Assembly (NCBI GenBank): GCA_964392445.1
Contig: CAYMPD010000021.1
Coordinates: forward strand, 1-17,282
Direction: 5' to 3'
Origin: an uncultured archaeon
Lineage (GTDB): Archaea > Aenigmatarchaeota > Aenigmatarchaeia > CG10238-14
DNA length: 17,282 bases
Shown here one piece after another: positions 6,332 through 14,092 of this stretch (position 1 is its first letter; every line of letters starts with the position of its first letter). The position numbers and the translations under genes are program-made. The notes beneath the pieces were generated by a model. It made no database searches and was not told the DNA's origin. It worked only from the letters and a program-made list of their open reading frames with translations.

Positions 6332-7498
6332 TTATCGATATCTTCTATCCTCCCAAACCATCAGTCCAAACCCAAAAAACAAAACAATCAAAGCAATCAA
6401 CCCAAGACATCCTGGGAAAAAGTATTCTATTATCAACCCACTAATAAAAGGCCCAATAATATTGGAAAGACTAGCCAACGAACTAGCAACACCTAGAACA
6501 GCTCCTTGTTTTTTACCGCTAACTTTTCTTGAAATCTCACCAGTTAATACTGGTCTTGAAATTCCATTCCCAAATGCAAATAGAGTCATTACGATCATAA
6601 ACATCCATACTTCTTCCACAAATATCACTCCCAACATAGCAAGCATTATGGAAATAATTCCAATGTACTGTAACTTATGCTCACCAAAATAATCGATGAG
6701 TTTACTTAGTAAAACACCTCGGAGTAAAATACTAATCAGTCCTATGTAAGTTAACACAAAACCAACGTTAGTCGACCCAAATCCCAGTTGTCTTTCTGCA
6801 AATAAGGCAAAACCACTCACATAAATTGAGTGAGTTAGTACAAATGCGAAAAACTGGTAAAAGTCAAGAGCAAGTTTCTTATTCTGAAAAAATTTCTTGA
6901 AGTCTTTAAGATGGAAGAGTTCCCATGATAGTTTGAACTCTTTACCTTTTTTTACTGTTTCCTCGAGGAAAAAGATTGTTATTATTATAGGTACAAAAGA
7001 TACTCCTGCTGCCAAAAACGAAGGTAAACTATATCCAAACTGAGACAAAAATCCACCAATTGCAGGCCCGATTAGAAATCCAAATCCAAATGCCGCACCA
7101 CTTAAACCAAATGCTTTACTCCTGTTTTCTTTCGAGGAAATATCACTTAAGTAAGATTGTGCGATGGTAAAATTACTTCCGAGAAGCCCGTCGATTATCC
7201 TTGACAAGAATATCATCCAAAGAGATTTAGAAAAACCTAATATCAGAAAACCAGCAACTGTTGATAATTGCGAAATTACAAGCAAAGGTTTTCTTCCGTA
7301 ATGATCACTTAATCTTCCCATGATGGGTGCTGATATTAGTTGACAAAGCGAAAATGATGTTAGAATTAATCCTATAGTGAAGGGACTTGCTCCTAATTCT
7401 TGGGCGTAAAAAGGTAAGAAAGGCAAAATTAGGGAAAATCCTAGGACTTCGGTGACTAGTATAACAAAAATTGTTATTTGTTCTTTGGCGAATTTCAT
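6332..7498 (-). CDS. Major facilitator superfamily transporter, DHA1/TetA-like
   Basis: Motif A (GRLSDHYGRKPLL), SRIIDGLLG, motif C (GFLIGPAIGG); about 12 hydrophobic segments. Confidence 0.93.
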   Translation of the reverse strand: MKFAKEQITIFVILVTEVLGFSLILPFLPFYAQELGASPFTIGLILTSFSLCQLISAPIMGRLSDHYGRKPLLVISQLSTVAGFLILGFSKSLWMIFLSRIIDGLLGSNFTIAQSYLSDISSKENRSKAFGLSGAAFGFGFLIGPAIGGFLSQFGYSLPSFLAAGVSFVPIIITIFFLEETVKKGKEFKLSWELFHLKDFKKFFQNKKLALDFYQFFAFVLTHSIYVSGFALFAERQLGFGSTNVGFVLTYIGLISILLRGVLLSKLIDYFGEHKLQYIGIISIMLAMLGVIFVEEVWMFMIVMTLFAFGNGISRPVLTGEISRKVSGKKQGAVLGVASSLASLSNIIGPFISGLIIEYFFPGCLGLIALIVLFFGFGLMVWEDRRYR

Positions 7499-7585
7499 CT
7501 TATTTATTGAGGAGTTCGAGTATAAAAATGATTGAAATTCTAGTAAAACTTAAATTATTTGCCTTAGGTAGATTTAGTGAGGGGT

Positions 7586-7936
7586 ATGTTAGGAAGATAT
7601 AAAGTCGAAGTGGTTAAATCCTTTAGAATAAAAGATGATAAAAGTAGAGGAGTGTTTTTATTAACAAGGGATGAAGGAAGGTCTTACTGTTTAATTATAG
7701 GAGACATTAATTTTCTCGATGATTATTTTTCACTCCCTCCAGATTGGTTCATGTGTAGCGAAATAAATTCTTATAAACTCAGCCCACCTACTCGAGAGGT
7801 AATTGAAAGAGATGTGGAAGGATATTTAGGTAGGGATTTGGACTTGAGGGAAATGTGTTTATTTAGAAAATCGAAGAGAAGAAGAAATAGGGACCTAGTC
7901 GATCCAAATTCAAAAATTATATCTTTAGGATATTAG
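7586..7936 (+). CDS. Hypothetical protein (~116 aa)
   Basis: ORF track 7577..7936. ATG 7586 follows GAGGGG; no family recognised. Confidence 0.6.
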   Translation: MLGRYKVEVVKSFRIKDDKSRGVFLLTRDEGRSYCLIIGDINFLDDYFSLPPDWFMCSEINSYKLSPPTREVIERDVEGYLGRDLDLREMCLFRKSKRRRNRDLVDPNSKIISLGY

Positions 7937-7938
7937 TA

Positions 7939-9222
7939 TCATTTCTTTTCCAATTTCTCAATTCCATTCATATATCCCCCAAGAGCTTTAGGAATAATAA
8001 CTGATCCATCTTTCTGTTGATTTTGTTCAATTATCGCAATCATAACCCTACTTGTAGCTATCGCGGTGTTGTTAAGTGTATGTACGAATCCAGTTGGAGG
8101 TTTTCCAGGACCTTCTCTGAATTTAATATTTAACCTTCTAGCCTGATAGTCAGTACAATTGGAATTAGATCCTACTTCCCTGTATTCTCCATCCGCCATC
8201 CAAATTTCAGTGTCATACTTTTTCGCAGCAATATTTCCGATATCACCTGTACAAACATTAGTCACCCGATGAGATATTTCAAGTATTTTGAACATATTTT
8301 CAGTGTTTTTTTGTAATTCTTCATGTAATTTCCATGAATCGTCGGGATGAGAAAATACAAACTGTTCAATTTTATGGAATTGATGCATTCTAAACAAGCC
8401 TTTGGTATACTTTCCATGTGAACCCACTTCTTTTCTAAAACAGGAGCTTAGACCACAGAATTTGAGGGGCAAATCTCTCTTTTCAATTACCTCATCCATA
8501 AACATAGCAGCGAGAGGATGTTCACTAGTAGCAATCAAGTAAAGATCTTCATCTTTAATTTTGTACATAACATTTTCAAAATCTTCTAGATCAGTAACAC
8601 CTTCATATGGTTTTCTTCTAAGCATATAGGGCGGTATAATTAGTTTGTAACCACGTTTTCTCAAGTAGTCTATTGCAAATTTTTGAAGGGCTTGGTCAAG
8701 TAAAGCTAATTCTTCCTTCTCATAAAAAAACCCCATTCCTGATACTTCAGAAGCTTTTTCGGATTCTAGTAAGCCCAAGTTCTCTAATATTTCTTGATGA
8801 TTCTTGGGTTTGAAGTCAAAGTTAGGAACTTTTCCCCATTTTCTTACTACCACATTATCTTGATCACCTTTACCATAAGGCACTGATTCGTGAAGTAGAT
8901 TAGGGATTCGTAAGAGTAGTTGATATCTTTTTTGTTTTAACTCTTTCTCTTTGTTTTCTAACTTATCTATCTTGTCGGGTAATTCTTGCGTTTCTTTCAC
9001 TAGTTTCCGAATATCTTTACCCTCTTTTTTAGCTTTTGCTATTTCTAATGTGATATCATTTCTTCTTTTTCTTAGTTTGTTCAGATTGTGCGCGACTTCC
9101 CTCCAGTTTTTGTCTAACTCAATTAATTTACCCACTCTTTTCAGTATTTCTGGCTTTTTTCTTTTTTCAAGATTTTTTCTAACCATTTCTGGTTGTTCTC
9201 GGATTAGTTTGATATCGAGCAT
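7939..9222 (-). CDS. serS: Serine--tRNA ligase (canonical type)
   Basis: MLDIKLIRE N-terminal coiled coil, IPNLLHESVP.G, YLIATSEHPL, FRKE.G.HG...KGLFRMHQFHKIEQF, SNSNCTDYQARRLNI, HTLNNTAIATSR; GAGGGA SD. Confidence 0.98.
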   Translation of the reverse strand: MLDIKLIREQPEMVRKNLEKRKKPEILKRVGKLIELDKNWREVAHNLNKLRKRRNDITLEIAKAKKEGKDIRKLVKETQELPDKIDKLENKEKELKQKRYQLLLRIPNLLHESVPYGKGDQDNVVVRKWGKVPNFDFKPKNHQEILENLGLLESEKASEVSGMGFFYEKEELALLDQALQKFAIDYLRKRGYKLIIPPYMLRRKPYEGVTDLEDFENVMYKIKDEDLYLIATSEHPLAAMFMDEVIEKRDLPLKFCGLSSCFRKEVGSHGKYTKGLFRMHQFHKIEQFVFSHPDDSWKLHEELQKNTENMFKILEISHRVTNVCTGDIGNIAAKKYDTEIWMADGEYREVGSNSNCTDYQARRLNIKFREGPGKPPTGFVHTLNNTAIATSRVMIAIIEQNQQKDGSVIIPKALGGYMNGIEKLEKK

Positions 9223-9273
9223 TAGTATTCCCTCTTTAATTTTAGTGATTACGTTAATAAAAGGAAATGTTAG

Positions 9274-9402
9274 TTATATAGAACCCCAGATTTTATCTCT
9301 TTTATTATCCCATATATCTCTCAAACTTTCTTCAGCGTGTATCTCCATATCAGAAAAATTATCCACTAGATTTTCTTTATTTTTCAAAATTTTCACAGAC
9401 AT
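9274..9402 (-). CDS. 42-aa small protein resembling short PemK/MazF-associated antitoxins
   Basis: Not in ORF track. MSVKILKNKENLVDNFSDMEIHAEESLRDIWDNKRDKIWGSI*; E.SL..IWDN..D..W pattern. Family assignment is from memory of similar proteins. Confidence 0.45.
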   Translation of the reverse strand: MSVKILKNKENLVDNFSDMEIHAEESLRDIWDNKRDKIWGSI

Positions 9403-9504
9403 TTAAAACTTAACCCAAAGCTAAATTTATCTTATGAATTTAAAAAATAGAAACTATGTTAATAATTCTTATTTCTAAAATACCAATAATAAACGTGATT
9501 CTAG

Positions 9505-10095
9505 ATGACTAAAGACAAAAAAGCATTAATCGAAGCAGCATTGTTCATGTCACCCGATCCCTTATCAATCAAAACTTTAAAAAATATCACTGGGATAACC
9601 TCAAAAAGAGAACTAGAACAGATTCTTGGAGAGATAGAACAGCATCATAAAGTTGAAACCAAAGGAATAGAATTAGCATTGACACCAGAAGGGTACCACT
9701 TACGGGTGAAGGAAAACTACTTAGATAGAGTGTCGGGATTGACACCCCATTCTGACCTCACTGATGGAATGCTCAGAACATTAGGTTTGGTAGCTTTAAG
9801 ACAGCCCATGAAACAATCAAAAATAGTTAAAATTCAGGGGAATAAGGTGTACAATTACATTAAAAAACTCGAAGATAAAGGATTAATAGAAACAGAGAAA
9901 ATGGGAAGAACAAAAGTAATAAGAACAACCCCAGAATTCGAAAGATATTTTGATAAAAGTCTAAAAGATATACAACAAAATTTAAAGGGAGTGGTAGATA
10001 ATGAAGCATATCAGCAGCTTGGAATTGAAGTTCCTGATGAAGAACTTGAAGAAGAGGATGAAGGATTCGAAGATACAGAAAATCAAGCAGGTTAA
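9505..10095 (+). CDS. scpB: Segregation and condensation protein B (SMC kite subunit)
   Basis: KALIEAALF.S..PL, GY.LRVK, LRTL..VA.RQP..QS.IV.I.G...Y.YIK.L...GLI, GRT....TT..F..YF; acidic C-terminal tail. Confidence 0.93.
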   Translation: MTKDKKALIEAALFMSPDPLSIKTLKNITGITSKRELEQILGEIEQHHKVETKGIELALTPEGYHLRVKENYLDRVSGLTPHSDLTDGMLRTLGLVALRQPMKQSKIVKIQGNKVYNYIKKLEDKGLIETEKMGRTKVIRTTPEFERYFDKSLKDIQQNLKGVVDNEAYQQLGIEVPDEELEEEDEGFEDTENQAG

Positions 10096-11728
10096 AGATG
10101 CTTACTCGTTTGAACTGTACAAAGACAAAGAAAGATTCTATTTGATGATAATTCCTGATAAAACACTATTTCTGACTGATGAGAATTATAAAGGAAAACC
10201 CGAAGACGATTTTTGTAATATTCTTAGAAAACACTTGACGGGTCAATTAATTGAGGAAGTTAGTCAACATGAATTTGATAGAGTGGTGGAAATAGAAACC
10301 CAGGATTACAAGCTTGTCGCAGAGCTTTTCGGAAATGGTAATTTAATCCTTGTGAAAAAACCGGAAAATGAAATTATAAGAGCGATTAATATGCGTTCTT
10401 GGGCGAGTCGTGATATTAAACCTAATCAAGAATATGAGTACCCTCCTTCGGCAATTAATCCTTTCAAACTCAATTCCGATGATATGGAATTCTACTTAGG
10501 AGAAAAAGAAATAGTGAAAGTTCTTGCAACTGATTTTGGATTCGGTGGGGATTTTGCTGAGAGGATTTGTGAAAAAATTGGTATAAAAAAAGATTCAAGC
10601 GATAAAAATGACGCGGATAAAATCTACAATTTTTTGAAAAAAATAGACGAGGAATTTCCAGAGTTAGATAATATTAATGAAACATTCGAAGAAAATTTCC
10701 AAAAACATATGAAAGACTTAGATCTTTTCGAGGGCGATGTTAAAGAAAAATTAGAGAATATTAAAAAAGAACAGAATAAGAAACTGAAAGAATTTGTTGA
10801 AAAAGAAAACACCTACAGGATTTACGCTGAATCAATTTATGACAGTTATGCGACCTTTGACAACCAACTGACAAGGTTAAGAGAATTACAGGATCAGGAT
10901 GTAAGTAACGAAGAGATTGAAAAAAGACTAGATGTTGAATTTTTGGAAAAGGGAACAAAGGTTCTGATTGAAGGTGTCCCTATCAACTACAAGAAATCAC
11001 TGGAAGATAATGCTAATGATTATTATAACCTTGCCAAGAAGATGAATTCCAAGATTGAGGGACTTGGAGAAGCGATGGAGGAAATTGATGAAAAGAAAAT
11101 TGAAGAACAGGAAAAAATAGAAGAGAAAAAACAAAAAACCGAGAAAAAACCCAAACAATGGTATCATCAATTCAGATGGTTTAAATCTTCAGATGGTTTC
11201 TTAGTGGTTTCAGGAAAAGATGCACAATCAAATGAGAAATTGATTAGAAAGTATATGAAGGAGAATGATTTAGTTTTTCACACAGATATCACAGGTTCAC
11301 CATTTACAGTAGTTAGAAATCTCGAAGAAAAAGAAATCCCCGAATCAACAATTCAAGAAGCTGCTGAATTTTGTGGTGCTTATTCCAAAGCCTGGAAAAT
11401 CGGAATTTTATCTGTGGATGTTTATTATATTAATCCTGATCAAGTCAAGAAGGAAGGAGGGTTGCCTACTGGAAGTTTTATGATTTATGGGGAAAGGAAC
11501 TGGGTTAGAAGGATTCCGGTTAAGATTGCTGTTGGTGATAAGGATGGTGAAGTGATTTATGGCCCTCCTAGTTTGGTTGATGAGGTTTGTGGTAAATCTG
11601 TGGAGATAATTCCTGGTGAGAATTCGGTTAAAGATTTGCTTGAGGAGATTAAGGGTAAATTTGATATTAGTCTGCAGGAATTCCAGAGAATTGTTCCTTA
11701 TGGGAAAGGTAGAGTCGTCAAGAACTAA
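10001..11728 (+). CDS. rqcH: Ribosome quality control factor Rqc2/RqcH (NFACT family)
   Basis: SSLEL N-terminus, FDRVV, ELFGNGN, YEYPP, coiled coil, and the NFACT-R motif WYHQFRWFKSSDGFLVVSGKDAQSNE...D..FH.DI.GSP; GGAGTG SD before ATG 10001. Confidence 0.92.
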   Translation: MKHISSLELKFLMKNLKKRMKDSKIQKIKQVKDAYSFELYKDKERFYLMIIPDKTLFLTDENYKGKPEDDFCNILRKHLTGQLIEEVSQHEFDRVVEIETQDYKLVAELFGNGNLILVKKPENEIIRAINMRSWASRDIKPNQEYEYPPSAINPFKLNSDDMEFYLGEKEIVKVLATDFGFGGDFAERICEKIGIKKDSSDKNDADKIYNFLKKIDEEFPELDNINETFEENFQKHMKDLDLFEGDVKEKLENIKKEQNKKLKEFVEKENTYRIYAESIYDSYATFDNQLTRLRELQDQDVSNEEIEKRLDVEFLEKGTKVLIEGVPINYKKSLEDNANDYYNLAKKMNSKIEGLGEAMEEIDEKKIEEQEKIEEKKQKTEKKPKQWYHQFRWFKSSDGFLVVSGKDAQSNEKLIRKYMKENDLVFHTDITGSPFTVVRNLEEKEIPESTIQEAAEFCGAYSKAWKIGILSVDVYYINPDQVKKEGGLPTGSFMIYGERNWVRRIPVKIAVGDKDGEVIYGPPSLVDEVCGKSVEIIPGENSVKDLLEEIKGKFDISLQEFQRIVPYGKGRVVKN

Positions 11729-11876
11729 GCGTTTCAATCGTACATCTACCACAGGTCAAACAATCTTGGATGTGCTTATGACAGAAAGCTACTTTAATAC
11801 CACTTTTTTCGCAGTGTAGTGCTATGTGTTTTGCAGGTTCCTTGCAGACAATACAGATGGGATTATGTTTGGACAT
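11718..11876 (-). CDS. 52-aa Cys/His-rich microprotein, probable metal-binding
   Basis: Not in ORF track. MSKHNPICIVCKEPAKHIALHCEKSGIKVAFCHKHIQDCLTCGRCTIETLSS*: CxxC, C, CxxH, CxxCxxC. Strong GGGGGTG SD and an upstream TATA-like TTTTAAA. Confidence 0.7.
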   Translation of the reverse strand: MSKHNPICIVCKEPAKHIALHCEKSGIKVAFCHKHIQDCLTCGRCTIETLSS

Positions 11877-11892
11877 TTTTTACACCCCCAAT

Positions 11893-11907
11893 TATAACAC
11901 TGTTATA
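11893..11907. promoter_or_regulatory. Perfect 7-1-7 palindrome, candidate operator of the Cys-rich microprotein gene
   Basis: TATAACA-C-TGTTATA lies between the minus-strand TTTTAAA (11930-11924) and the SD, where the transcription start is expected. Confidence 0.5.
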
Positions 11908-11918
11908 TTTTTGTAGGT

Positions 11919-12199
11919 TTGGATTTAAAAGTTTTGTGTTTCATAGTAGTAATTAAGTATGATTATAGAGGAGAAATAGTTTCTAATTTTTGTATACCTA
12001 TTATTGGTGAAAACAGAAGAGGACTTTGTGTGGAAGATTTAAGACGGGGGGGTGTGGACCTATTGGATATACATGTGGAGGAATTGCGGGAATACAATTA
12101 GGGGAATCGAATTATGATGGATTTGTTGTTGTCGATTTAGATAAACCTCCTTTAGAAAATTTGGACCCTGTTTATGAACGTCTAACCATTGAACTTTAG
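11919..12199 (+). other. Two overlapping short ORFs (11919..12101 and 12026..12199), possibly one gene broken at a G7 run
   Basis: The second frame reads (TTG)CGRFKTGGCGPIGYTCGGIAGIQLGESNYDGFVVVDLDKPPLENLDPVYERLTIEL*. A -1 shift in G7 (12046-12052) joins the two frames. Confidence 0.3.
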
Positions 12200-12282
12200 T
12201 TTTGTTCATTCCTTAAAAATCTTAGAATAATACTCACTAACACAAATACCTAGTTGATGATAAATTAGAATTTGATCTAGAA

Positions 12283-12993
12283 CTACAAGATAATTTCTGT
12301 ATCATAATATCTCTGAACACTCATTTCTCCAAATTCAGGCAACTCAGAATCTGGTGAAAGAATCCTTATACCCAGATTTAAAGCTGGAGAGATTAATTGA
12401 AGTAAGAACGCGATAGATTTATTTCTAATTCTTTCGGGCATCCAGAAACAAGGTGTTTCATCATCTAATGTTACTCCGGATCTTAAATCCGTCCAAATTA
12501 TTGTAGGGTCGAAAAATAAAATTGGACTTAAATAAGATTCACCTTCTTCCGAAAACGCGACAGCATAATAACCAGGTTTATGATCACTAGGATATCTATA
12601 ACCTCTGGCATGAACATCCTCAAGATTTTGTTTCAAATATCCAAGAAAATCTCCCCCGTGACAGAACGCTAGAGTTAACATTCTTTCACCGTTCAATTGA
12701 TCTAATTCATAAAATAAATCTGCTTTGTGAATATAATGTTCTCTTCCTCCCAACGAATATACATGACTACCAGCAAATGGAACCCCATGTCCATCAAGAT
12801 AAATGAAAGTTTTATCTCCATCAGCTGTTTTATTAGCTAAATCTGTTATACTTCCTTCAAAATCTTCTCTGGTTATTTCCCCTCTATGGAAAAAATAAGA
12901 TTCATAACCTAAATCTTCCATATGAGTTCTAAGTCTGTTTAATCCTCTCGAACGAGGTTTTGTTGATAAGATATAAGAGTACTTCATAACCAC
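12283..12993 (-). CDS. Stand-alone caspase-fold cysteine protease (metacaspase/peptidase C14-like)
   Basis: ITREDFEGSITDLANKTADGDKTFIYLDGH69G and YIHKADLFYELDQL...MLTLAFC111HGG match the metacaspase (A)TR..I...L.......GD....Y.SGHG and I....L...L.......LD.CHSG patterns. The likely start is ATG 12987. Confidence 0.75.
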   Translation of the reverse strand: MVMKYSYILSTKPRSRGLNRLRTHMEDLGYESYFFHRGEITREDFEGSITDLANKTADGDKTFIYLDGHGVPFAGSHVYSLGGREHYIHKADLFYELDQLNGERMLTLAFCHGGDFLGYLKQNLEDVHARGYRYPSDHKPGYYAVAFSEEGESYLSPILFFDPTIIWTDLRSGVTLDDETPCFWMPERIRNKSIAFLLQLISPALNLGIRILSPDSELPEFGEMSVQRYYDTEIIL

Positions 12994-13009
12994 TTGTTAG
13001 TAGTATCAT

Positions 13010-13017
13010 CATATAAA
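13010..13017 (-). promoter_or_regulatory. TATA box of the caspase-fold protease gene
   Basis: Minus-strand TTTATATG ends about 23 nt upstream of ATG 12987, typical spacing for a leaderless archaeal mRNA. Confidence 0.5.
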
Positions 13018-13040
13018 CATTTGTATGGTAGAGAGTATAT

Positions 13041-13682
13041 TTAATCTCTTTCTTTATCCCTAAAATTCTTAGGACAACACTCACTAATAACACATTTATC
13101 ACAGTAAGCCTTCCGAGTGGTACAGACTTTTTTCCCATGTTCAACAAAAAGAGCATTGATTATACCCCGTTTTTCCTCAGAAACTAATTCATGTATTTTT
13201 TCTCGTACTTCCTCAGGTTTCTTATTCCAATTAGCAATCCCTAACCTCTTTGAAACAACCTCAACATGAACATCCACACAAACAACAGGTTTGTCGAAGG
13301 CATAGCAAAGAGTACAGTCAGCCGTTTTAACACCAACACCTGGTAATTCAATTAATTCTTCTCGATTTCTCGGCACTTTACCATCATACTTCTCAACAAG
13401 AATCTTCGAAACTTTTTTGATATACTTTGCTTTTTGATTGTAAAAACCCACAGGATAGATCATATCAGTGATTTCTCCTTCGGAATAGTTCAAAACATCT
13501 TCAGGACTTTTTATCTTTTTGAAGAGTTTTTCGTTGGTTGGCCAAGTAACCTCATCTTTGGTTCTTTGTGATAATATTGTCCCGATTAGAATTTCGAAGG
13601 GGCTACCTCTATCATCTTTCCAGGAGGTATCATAAACCTTATTAAGTTTTTTGATGATTTTTAAGATTGTTTTCCTGTTCAT
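13041..13682 (-). CDS. nth: Endonuclease III (HhH-GPD DNA glycosylase/AP lyase with 4Fe-4S cluster)
   Basis: PFEILIGTILSQRTKD, VGFYNQKAK, LIELPGVGVKTA, VDVHV, and the C-x6-C-x2-C-x5-C cluster motif CTTRKAYCDKCVISECC. Confidence 0.95.
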   Translation of the reverse strand: MNRKTILKIIKKLNKVYDTSWKDDRGSPFEILIGTILSQRTKDEVTWPTNEKLFKKIKSPEDVLNYSEGEITDMIYPVGFYNQKAKYIKKVSKILVEKYDGKVPRNREELIELPGVGVKTADCTLCYAFDKPVVCVDVHVEVVSKRLGIANWNKKPEEVREKIHELVSEEKRGIINALFVEHGKKVCTTRKAYCDKCVISECCPKNFRDKERD

Positions 13683-13909
13683 TCGTAAGCGCCTCTTCTC
13701 CTTCTAATATTCGGTAATAAAATATAATTACCTACCCAGAAAATGACAAAACTAAAAAAGATTCCTATGACAATCCCCATGTATATACCATTAATCCAGT
13801 CATGTTTGTCCTTTTTCATTAAAACTACAATAAGACTTACAAAGCCAAAAATTATGAGAAATAAATCTTTTATTGCATTTCTGGTTTTTTCCTTAGCATC
13901 CAAGAACAA
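13679..13909 (-). CDS. Small two-TM membrane protein, 76 aa
   Basis: ORF track. TTG start after a GGAGGT SD, two hydrophobic segments, basic tail; 4-nt overlap with the nth start. Confidence 0.6.
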   Translation of the reverse strand: MFLDAKEKTRNAIKDLFLIIFGFVSLIVVLMKKDKHDWINGIYMGIVIGIFFSFVIFWVGNYILLPNIRRRRGAYE

Positions 13910-13914
13910 ACAAT

Positions 13915-13992
13915 TTACCTCCAGAATATCGCTATAGCTATCATTATCATTATTATTAGTAACAGGATAATGTTTGTATCTGGCAAATTCAT
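13915..13992 (-). CDS. Possible 25-aa single-TM peptide
   Basis: Not in ORF track. MNLPDTNIILLLIIMIMIAIAIFWR*; its last codons carry the SD of the next ORF. Confidence 0.3.
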   Translation of the reverse strand: MNLPDTNIILLLIIMIMIAIAIFWR

Positions 13993-14092
13993 ACTATCAA
14001 TCTTTAAATAATTTGTATCGAATCATATATTATTGTTTGTATTAGATTCATGAAGAGTAAATCGTATAACTATACTTCTGTTTTGTTTAGGG

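Noticed and set aside
7528-7602. 24-aa ORF MIEILVKLKLFALGRFSEGYVRKI
   Set aside because: SD spacing is too long, it sits in a divergent promoter region, and it overlaps the better-supported downstream start.
9505-10095. scpB without adjacent scpA/smc as an anomaly
   Set aside because: Unlinked scpB is common in archaea, and the partners may lie outside the window.
6462-11819. ORFs 6462..6692, 8951..9406, 10624..10812, 10761..10958, 11408..11752, 11616..11819
   Set aside because: They overlap MFS, serS, rqcH or the Cys-rich microgene, mostly antisense, and have no motifs.
192-13992. Similar C-termini of two micro-TM ORFs (FLWR* at 192..311 and IFWR* at 13915..13992)
   Set aside because: No nucleotide similarity beyond this; aromatic plus basic residues after a TM helix are generic.
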